NCBI RefSeq assembly: GCF_006345805.1
Contig: NW_021824363.1
Location: 1 to 19,050 of the forward strand
Source: Octopus sinensis
Taxonomy: Eukaryota
Reading direction: 5' to 3'
Length of the DNA stretch: 19,050 nucleotides
Part shown: positions 1 through 7,026 of the stretch, one piece after another
Layout: each line of letters opens with the position of its first letter
How positions within the stretch are numbered: position 1 is the first letter of the stretch
Made by a program: the position numbers and the translations under genes
Notes under the pieces: model-generated
The model's database searches: none
The model's input: the letters and a program-made list of their open reading frames with translations, nothing else
What the model was told of the DNA's origin: nothing

Positions 1-112
1 ATGTATACACACACAAACAAAGACACCACACTACGTACTATTCAGTTGTTGGTATTTTCAACAAGTAATGCACATCTACTAAGAGATAAATATCATCTCA
101 TATACATTTCCT

Positions 113-116
113 ATAT

Positions 117-164
<48 letters not shown>

Positions 165-355
165 TATATATATATCACATATATCTATATATATATACAT
201 ATATATGCATATATATACATATACATATAGATACATATATATGTATATATATATATATATGTATGTATATGATATATACACATATATCTATATGTAGTAT
301 ATATATATATATATATATATATCTATATATTATATATATATATATATATATTATG
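113..355. repeat. Interrupted (TA)n microsatellite array
   Basis: Near-continuous TA dinucleotide with sporadic C/G substitutions; source of the poly-IY ORF at 1..297. Confidence 0.95.
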
Positions 356-410
356 TCATATGTAAAGAAAATAAGTTTGTTTTTTGAAGCGGCTGAAATA
401 TATTAAACTT

Positions 411-525
411 ACAAGTACAAAGATATACTTTTCAACACGTAAATACTGATGAAACAGCCTATATGGGATAACATCCTTACTGAGCGAAAAATCTGTCAGT
501 AACCAGTCATGAGCCTCGAACTATC
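411..525 (-). mobile_element. 5'-truncated copy of a tRNA-like SINE/repeat (family F)
   Basis: Reverse complement aligns by eye (~70%) to 740-856, e.g. AGTTCG..TCATG..TGGTT.CTG....CCATATA..CTGTT....CAG....GTTGAAAA.TATATCTTT.TACTTGT. Confidence 0.6.
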
Positions 526-567
526 AGTACTTACGCGTTGAAAAAACTAGATCTTTCTACTTGTACT
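523..567 (+). repeat. 3'-end fragment of family F, inverted relative to 411-450
   Basis: ATCAGTACTTACGCGTTGAAAAAACTAGATCTTTCTACTTGT matches the reverse complement of 411-450 and the end of the 691-860 copy. Confidence 0.6.
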
Positions 568-690
568 ACAATACATTTTAGCGTTTCAAACACAAATTTA
601 AGTGTGTTTACATAAGACGTAATTTCTATTCAATCGAGCGTTTCTTTGATGTGTTTATTAATTCTAAGTTGGAGGAGAATTTGTCAGTAA

Positions 691-860
691 AGCAGTTTAG
701 CTTAAATGGTAAAGCACCTTGACCGGAAATTTAAGGTTTGTCAGTTCGCGTTTCATGTGTGGTTGCTGTCAAATTTCTCTGCGCAAGTAAAGATTTTGTA
801 CCATATACTGTTCTACCAGAAATTAGGCGTTGAAAAAATATATCTTTCTACTTGTACCGT
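691..860 (+). mobile_element. tRNA-headed SINE-like element (family F)
   Basis: A-box/D-arm TAGCTTAAATGGTAAAGC (GCTT/AAGC stem), anticodon-like stem CCTTGA/TTAAGG, degenerate B-box AGTTCG, then a non-tRNA body ending GCGTTGAAAAAATATATCTTTCTACTTGTAC. Confidence 0.5.
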
Positions 861-869
861 ATATATATA

Positions 870-1209
870 TACTCTTACTCTTTTACTTGTTTCAGTCATT
901 TGACTGCGGCCATGCAAGAGCACCACCTTTCGTAGAAGAAATCGACCCTAGGACTTATTTTTGCAAGCTTAGTACTTATTCTATTAGTATCTTTTGCCGA
1001 ACCGCTAGATTACGGGGACGTAAACACACCAGCATCGGTTGTCAAAGCACAGCAATATCTGTTTCAACACAAAATTTTTTGCCAAGCCTTGTACGTATTC
1101 TATCGATCAGTATTGCCGAACGGTTAAGTTACTGGAAAGGAAACACATCAACACCAGTTGTCATACATTGGTGGGTGACAAACACGAGCACATAGATATA
1201 CATACACAT

Positions 1210-1248
<39 letters not shown>

Positions 1249-1479
1249 ACAACCACACACACACACACATATATATATATTATTATATATATATATATAT
1301 ATAAGTATATATATGCGAAGAGCTTCTTCCAGTTTCCGTCAACCAAATTCACTCACAAGGCTTTGGTTGGCTCCAGGCTATAAGAGACGAGTCTTGCCCA
1401 TGCTGCCTCGCACAGGGACTGAATCCGGAACCATGTGGTTTGGAAGTAAGCTTCTTACCACAATGCTATGCTTGTGCGC
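870..1479 (-). mobile_element. Composite tRNA-derived SINE (family A: tRNA head, CORE-like CCTTGGGCAAG block, RTE-like segment, internal microsatellite, 3' module with (AAAAGAGT)-like tail)
   Basis: Colinear with copies at 8846-9260, 11511-11860, 15960-16617 and 17422-17785; internal (CA)n/(TA)n at ~1200-1315. Confidence 0.9.
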
Positions 1480-1492
1480 ATATGTATGTATG

Positions 1493-1534
<42 letters not shown>

Positions 1535-1582
1535 TACACATCTGTGTGTTTGTGTATATATTTACATGCGTGCACACACACA
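1480..1582. repeat. (TA)n/(TG)n/(CA)n microsatellite
   Basis: Direct inspection. Confidence 0.9.
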
Positions 1583-1603
1583 TATTTATCATTTGATGGA
1601 GGC

Positions 1604-2039
1604 ATAGGCAGATAGAGAGCATGATTTTTTCTTCCCCATTTCCTTTTACCCTCTCTCCCACTCACCTTTCATTTTTTGTTTCTTCTCCACTTTCCCCTCT
1701 CTCTCTCCCACTCCAATCACTCTCCTATTCGCTTCCTCCTTTTATACCTCCTTGTGGTTTTTATCTCTCTCTTTCTTCCTCTATCACATCCTCTCTCCCT
1801 CTCTCTCTCTCTCGTCATCTCTCCGTCTCTTATTCTCTTCATTCTCTCACTCTGTTTTCTACCTCGCTACCACTCATCCTGTCTTCCCTGTCTCGCCTCC
1901 TCTTTCTGCCAATCTATCTTCCATCTCCCCATCGCGATCACTCAACCTTACTCTTGTTTCTTCATTAACTTGACATTTCATGTGAGCGATCCCTAGTTTC
2001 AAATAAAACGACAAATAATAATAAAAACAAACAAAAGGA
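1604..2039 (+). repeat. CT-rich ~435-bp dispersed repeat, copy 1 (unclassified)
   Basis: About 90% identical by eye to 5835-6266, from ATAGGCAGATAGAGAGCATGA to ACAAACAAAAGGA; the last ~115 bp before the A-rich end are essentially identical. Confidence 0.9.
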
Positions 2040-2830
2040 AAATAAAACAATTATCCTAAGGACCCTTACCTTTATTCTTGCTAATAATCCTCGTCATGAA
2101 AGGTGACAATTTCACTTTTCATCCTTTGTGAATTCAAGTATTTTTAAGGCATTCTCGAAATAAAAAAAAAAATTAAAATTTTCCCAAGCAATTTCTTGAA
2201 GGAAAATCCTGGCATAATTTTTAATAATAATTATTTTTCTAATTAACTCATATAAAATAAAAATTAAGGAAAAAATATTATTAAAACTGCAATTATATTC
2301 TCACAAGTTCGATGAATCATATTAGAGAATAGAAGGGCATAGCGTGTGGGCGGTTATGTAGCGAGAGGAAAATCAGTGTTAAAAATAATTGAGTGTGCTG
2401 GAAATGTGTAACCATTTCCACTGACATGATCTTTTAATGCTTCCAGCTACTTGAACTCCAATCATCGATGAACATCCTGTCATTGACCACTTCGCAGTTA
2501 TAGCATCTCTTGTAGCTGTTCTTGTGGTGGTGGTGGTGGTGGGGAGGAGGTTTTCGTTGTTGTTATTAGTATTGGTGTTGTTGTACTCCTGCTGTTCTTC
2601 ATGTGGTGGTTGTCGTTTTAGTCAAGATAAATGAGATCGTACAGAAAGAAAAAAAGTATTTTTTTTTTTAAATGCTTCTTACACTTAGAATCTCGTCTTT
2701 ACATCCATGGGGGTTCTGGTGAATTTTGTCAACATTAAAATATATATAAATAAATATAGAGAGTCAATTATGCGGATTAACAAATTAGAGATATTAAATG
2801 TAACAGTTTGACTATGAATATAAAATATAT

Positions 2831-2996
2831 GTGCAGGCTCGGTGGCTGTGTGGTAGGACGATTGCCTCACAACCACATGGTTCTGGGTTCAGTCCCACTG
2901 CATGGCACTTTGGGCAAGTGTCTTCTACTATAGCCACCTAACTACCAGAACCTTGTGAGTGGATTTGGTAGATGGGAACTGAAAGAAGCCCGTCGT
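2831..2996 (+). mobile_element. Family A SINE, 5' half only
   Basis: GTGGCTGTGTGGTAG head, GGTTCAGTCCCACTGC B-box region, CTTTGGGCAAGTGTCTTCTACTATAGCC, GTGAGTGGATTTGGTAG..GAACTGAAAGAAGCCCGTCG; the 3' module does not follow. Confidence 0.9.
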
Positions 2997-3019
2997 ATAC
3001 ATATTTATATATACATATG

Positions 3020-3545
3020 TGTGTGTATGTGTGTGTGTCAAAATTTTGCTACCAAACTTCTCCGCAACCACTGGACCGATTTCGACCAAATTTGGCTTGA
3101 GGAACTGTGGGTACCGGAAGAATATCACCATCTTAATGGGACCCTAGAAAACTAAACGGTCCGGTTCCATTTTGAGTGGACCGCATTCAAACGCTAAATG
3201 TAAATGAAACCGATCCCTGAATTTGAGGCCACATTACTTCCTCTCAACCGATCGAGGAACCGTGGGTACCCGTAGAATGTCAACTTCTATATGGGATTCA
3301 CGAAAATTAACCGGTACGGTTTCAGTCTGCTAAAATCCGACAAAACCAATTACATCTCTCTCATTACTCAATGTCTTCTCATAATATTCCCCCTGCTTAC
3401 TACCTCTTTATCATATTGAGAGGCGTAGTGTGAGGAATGTTACCTCTCATATCTATTTCTCTCTCCTTCCTACATATTTACTGCATTCCTTAACTCACTC
3501 ACGCTTAACCGTTTGCACTCTTTTCCATGTCTCTTTCGGTGTTAT
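3020..3545 (+). mobile_element. Helitron-type 5'/non-autonomous segment
   Basis: (TG)n followed by ACTGGACCGATTTCGACCAAATTTGG, a motif typical of the 5' region of non-autonomous animal Helitrons (Lep1/DINE-1-like, from memory); internal ~70-bp direct repeat at 3099 and 3254. Confidence 0.55.
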
Positions 3546-3549
3546 TTGA

Positions 3550-3553
<4 letters not shown>

Positions 3554-3605
<52 letters not shown>

Positions 3606-3642
3606 ATATATTTATATATCATATATATATGTATGTAGTAAC

Positions 3643-3682
<40 letters not shown>

Positions 3683-3718
3683 GATATACAATATATATAT
3701 ATATATATATATATATAC

Positions 3719-3767
<49 letters not shown>

Positions 3768-3775
3768 TATATATA

Positions 3776-3813
<38 letters not shown>

Positions 3814-3854
3814 ATATATATATAATATAATATATATATATATATAATATATAT
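3554..3854. repeat. Compound (CT)n-(CA)n-(TA)n microsatellite
   Basis: Direct inspection. Confidence 0.95.
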
Positions 3855-3967
3855 TGAACCAACTTCACGGCAGGGGTGCAGATGAGGGCAGCTGCATCAA
3901 ACCTCTCTCATGCACCAAATGACAATTGCTAAAAAGCATTCGTGAAGTAAAATCATGTAGCAATACA

Positions 3968-4020
3968 GAATGGCGGTGCCCCAGCATGGTCGCACCTCAT
4001 GAGCTGAAGCTAGATAAAAT
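3968..4020 (+). mobile_element. Diverged 3'-end fragment of a family A-like SINE
   Basis: GGCGGTGCCCCAGCATGGTCGCA..CTGAAGCTAGATAAAA resembles GGCGGTGCTCCAGCATGGCCG..CTGAAACAAGTAAAA at 16550-16595. Confidence 0.45.
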
Positions 4021-4044
4021 AATATATATATATATACATATACA

Positions 4045-4158
4045 TATTTCTTTACTATCCACAAGGGGCTAAATACAGAGGGGACAAACAAGGACAGACA
4101 AACGGATTAAGTCGATTACTTCGACCCCAGGACGTAATTTATCGACCCCGAAAGGATG

Positions 4159-4159
<1 letters not shown>
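4045..4159 (-). mobile_element. Family B SINE, 3' fragment with internal deletion
   Basis: TATTTCTTTACTATCCACAAGGGGCTAAA..GGACAGACAAACGGATTAAGTCGATTAC..ATCGACCCCGAAAGGATGA matches the other B copies. Confidence 0.9.
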
Positions 4160-4190
<31 letters not shown>

Positions 4191-4414
4191 GTATTAAACG
4201 TATTGAATTCACTCTCTCATTCAATGTAATCTCTCATAACCCTCTCTCCTTCTTTCTCTCTCTGTCTCTCTCTCTCTCTCAGACACACACATATTTACTA
4301 TTTCACTTCATTCTCTCTTAATCGGTTACATTCTTTCAAATGTTTCTATCGTCGCCATTTTGTAGAAGAAAAAAATCCCATAAAATCACTGTTAGTCTTC
4401 GGTGAAAAGTGTGA

Positions 4415-4765
4415 TTTTTATGTTATTGAATTGCTCTAAACGAATTTGACCATACAAATGTTAGAAATATAGTATTTTTTAAGCCATTAATAAAATTTGT
4501 CGGACCTATTTTCATGTCGCCGGGCGTTGGAGCTATTGTCAAGCCTGTTTACGTCATGGCGTGTATGAATATATTATTGAATGTACTGACGTTTGATGTT
4601 TCACATCTGAAACAGCAGACGTAAAAAATATGAAAATTTCGGAAACTTAGCGCATTCGACTGCATGAAAATGGGTTCGACTAATTGTATTATTAGCTACA
4701 AAAAATACTAAATTTCCGATATTTTTACGGACAAATTCGTTTAGAGCAATTCAAAGCATAAAAAA
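4415..4765. repeat. Long imperfect inverted repeat (arms 4415-4516 and 4663-4765, ~146-bp spacer)
   Basis: Arms align at ~80-85% by eye, with an exact core TTGAATTGCTCTAAACGAATTTG / CAAATTCGTTTAGAGCAATTCAA. Confidence 0.85.
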
Positions 4766-4843
4766 GCGGGCTTTAAAATAGTGTTTAGCGAGCGTGGTGC
4801 AATTGTACATAATTACCCAAGGTAAATATTTACAATTAATACC

Positions 4844-5079
4844 TATATCTTTACTACCCACAAGGGGCTACACACAGAGGGGATAAACAAGGACAGACAA
4901 ACGGATTAAGTCGATTACATCGACCTCAGTGTGTAACTGGTACTTAATTTATCGACCCCGAAAGGATGAAAGGCAAAGTCGACCTCGGCGGAATTTGAAC
5001 TCAGAACGTAACGGAAGGCGAAATACCGGATAAGCATTTCGCCCGGCGTGCTAACGTTTCCGCCAGCTCGCCGCCTTTA
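4844..5079 (-). mobile_element. Full-length family B tRNA-derived SINE with target-site duplication
   Basis: Sense strand begins GGCGGCGAGCTGGCGGAAACG and has B-box GAGTTCAAATTCC and central GTCGACTTTGCCTTTCATCCTTTCGGGGTCGATAAA; flanked by ATTTACAATT(A/T)ATACC at 4828-4843 and 5080-5095. Confidence 0.93.
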
Positions 5080-5321
5080 ATTTACAATTTATACCGTGAA
5101 AACTTCCCGTTCAGAGAAATTAGCTGAAATACTAGCTGAATCGACTCAAAATTTTCACTGTATAATTGTCATAAATATTCACACTTTTTTCAGTACACTA
5201 TGCCAAGAAAAAGAAAGGGCAACAAAATCCTGAAAAAAATTGCCGTTCGCAAAAGATCGCTGGGTAAGGACGATAGACGCTCATTGAAAAACAAAAAAAA
5301 ACAGACAAGGACTTAAAGCCT

Positions 5322-5545
5322 CTGGACGTCCGCCTCTTCACGCCCGCCTATCAGACGCTGCGTTCTACCCGCATCTTTTGACGCACGCCTTCGCCCGCCT
5401 TCGCCCGCCTTCGCCCGCCTTCGCCCGCCTTCGTCCGCCTTCGCCCGCCTCCGGACGTCCGCCTTTGCCCGCCTTTCAGACGCCGCTGCGTTCTCCCGCC
5501 CCTTTCGACGCACGCGTTTGCCCGCCTTCGCTCGCTCGCCCGCCG
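5322..5545 (+). repeat. GC-rich minisatellite: (TCGCCCGCCT)x6 at 5391-5450 within a ~130-bp higher-order duplication
   Basis: Six decamer units visible (one TCGTCCGCCT variant); GGACGTCCGCCT..CAGACGC..TGCGTTCT.CCCGC..GACGCACGC occurs at 5322 and again at 5453. Confidence 0.9.
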
Positions 5546-5599
5546 GCAACCACCGCACAACCGCTCTTTATGTAGGGTCGTGGCCGAACGGCATAGGTG

Positions 5600-6360
5600 A
5601 CCGCCTGGAAGCGAAGGAGAATACAAGAAACCTGTGCAATGGTAAACCAGAAGAAACAGAGCTACGGAGAAATGCTGATCGGCAAAGGAGACAGGAAAGC
5701 CGTGCAATAGAAAGACCAGGAGATTAAGAAGTATGGAGAAATGCGAATCGGATAAGAATACAGCAAATCCGTGCAGTGGAAAGACTAGGAAAAAAGAGAA
5801 GCATGGAGGAATGTGTATCAGCTGAGAATACAGAATAGGCAGATAGAGAGCATGACTTTTTCTTCCCCATTTCCTTTTACCCTCTCTCCCATTCACCTTT
5901 CATTTTTCGTTTCTTCTCCACTTCCCTCTCTCTTCCACTCCAAACACTCTCCCATCCACTTCCTACTTTTAACCCTCCTTATCGTTTTTATCTCTCTCTT
6001 TCTTCCTCTATCACATTCTCTCTCCCTCTCTCTCTCTCTCTCGTCATCTCTCCGTCTCTCATTCTCCTCTTTCTCTCACTCTGTTTTCTTCCTATCTACC
6101 TCTCATCCTCTCTTCCCTGTCTCGCCTCCTCTTTCTGCCGATCTATCTTCCATCTCCCCATCGCGATCACTCAACCTTACTCTTGTTTCTTCATTAACTT
6201 GACATTTCATGTGAGCGATCCCTAGTTTCAAATAAAACGACAAATAATAAAAAACAAACAAAAGGAGAATACAGCTGAGAATACAGAAAGGCCGTGGAAT
6301 GGAAACACCACGGGAAACAGCAGCGCGGAGAAATATTGATCGGCTGAGGAAACAGGACTC
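5600..6360 (+). repeat. 69-bp coding tandem repeats (23-aa, STPR-like) in the RepHel N-terminus, split by an insertion
   Basis: Units start at 5669 (69 bp), 5738 (70 bp, frameshift) and 5808 (69 bp once the insert is removed); peptides RNADRQRRQESRAIERPGD*EVW / RNANRIRIQQIRAVERLG / RNVYQLRIQKGRGMETPRETAAR. Confidence 0.8.
5836..6271 (+). mobile_element. CT-rich dispersed repeat, copy 2, inserted with a 17-bp target-site duplication
   Basis: CAGCTGAGAATACAGAA at 5819-5835 and 6272-6288; removing the insert plus one copy restores an exact 69-bp repeat unit; A-rich 3' end. Confidence 0.85.
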
Positions 6361-6552
6361 TAAGGATAACACGTCGCTGCCACGAATTCAGCAGCAACAA
6401 GCAAACAACCAGGCACGATACCAATGGAGACTTGGTCAGGAAAGAGAATGACTACGGAAGTAGATTTGGCAGGTTTTCATGAGAAAGAGCCAAACCGAAG
6501 CCTTGTGTTGGACTACTGCGTAAACATTTGTAACAGAACATGACCTGACTGC

Positions 6553-6872
6553 GTGGAGACGCAATGGCCCAGTGGTTAGAGCTGCGGACTCGCAGTCGGA
6601 GGATCGCGGTTTCGATACCCAGACTGGGCGTTGTGTGTGTTTATTGAGCGAAAACACCTAAAAGCTCCACGACCTCCGGCAGGTGGGGTGCTGACCCCTG
6701 TTGTACTCTTTCGCCACAACTTTCTCTTACTCTCTCTACCTGTTTCTTTAGTAACGCTGCGATGGACTGGCGTCCCGTTCACCTGGTGGGGGGGAGCACA
6801 TACGCCACAGAAAGCAGGAAACCGGGCCCATGAGCCTGGCTAGTCTTGAAAAGGCAGAAAAAGAAGAAAAAG
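6553..6872 (+). mobile_element. tRNA-derived SINE with a V-domain-like core, inserted into the Helitron
   Basis: A-box TGGCCCAGTGG (6565-6575), B-box GGTTTCGATACC (6608-6619), GCGATGGACTGGCGTCCCG (V-SINE-like, from memory), GAAAAAGAAGAAAAAG tail; perfect 13-bp TSD ATGACCTGACTGC at 6540-6552 and 6873-6885. Confidence 0.9.
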
Positions 6873-6919
6873 ATGACCTGACTGCAAAGCTTACCTTTAG
6901 GGTGCTAAGAAAACTACCC

Positions 6920-7026
6920 AATGAAGAGTTGGGCCTGCTCGGTGATTAATATTTAACAGCTGCGGTATTATAACTGTACTAAGGTAGCATAATAGTTTGC
7001 TCTATAAATTGGGGCTAGAATGAATG
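6920..7026 (+). pseudogene. rrnL: NUMT: fragment of mitochondrial 16S rRNA (cephalopod-like)
   Basis: GGGCCTGCTCGGTGA..TTTAACAGCTGCGGTATTATAACTGTACTAAGGTAGCATAATAGTTTGCTCTATAAATTGGGGCTAGAATGAATG contains the conserved mt-16S blocks GCGGTA and AAGGTAGCATAAT (6981-6993) in the correct order and spacing. Confidence 0.9.

Noticed and set aside
1-297. Poly-IY/YM ORFs here and at 1161-1661, 3527-3766, 10128-10944, 15422-15649 and 17760-17972
   Set aside because: Translations of (TA)n/(CA)n microsatellites, which lack stop codons by construction.
1621-1996. Ser/Leu/Pro-rich ORFs that look like membrane proteins (also 5813-6202)
   Set aside because: Stop-poor translation of the CT-rich repeat; the two copies differ by frameshifting indels.
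1993-1996. CTAG-T as a Helitron 3' terminus of the CT-rich repeat (also 6222-6225)
   Set aside because: Homology between the copies continues ~40 bp past it, there is no hairpin, and copy 2 has a long TSD, which Helitrons do not create.
5313-5896. Arg/Gly-rich and Pro-rich ORFs (5313-5558, 5351-5896, 5378-5575)
   Set aside because: Products of the GC-rich decamer array and adjacent repeats; no recognisable domain.
5669-6360. Regularly spaced repeats as a CRISPR-like array
   Set aside because: Units are contiguous 69-bp coding repeats with no unique spacers, in eukaryotic DNA with no cas genes.
6553-6630. Functional tRNA genes (also 691-767 and the other SINE heads)
   Set aside because: A/B boxes are present but the cloverleaves are incomplete, and each continues into a SINE body, most with a tail and several with a TSD.
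6920-7026. Functional rRNA gene or bacterial contamination
   Set aside because: Only ~100 bp, of animal mitochondrial type, and embedded in a nuclear transposon frame.
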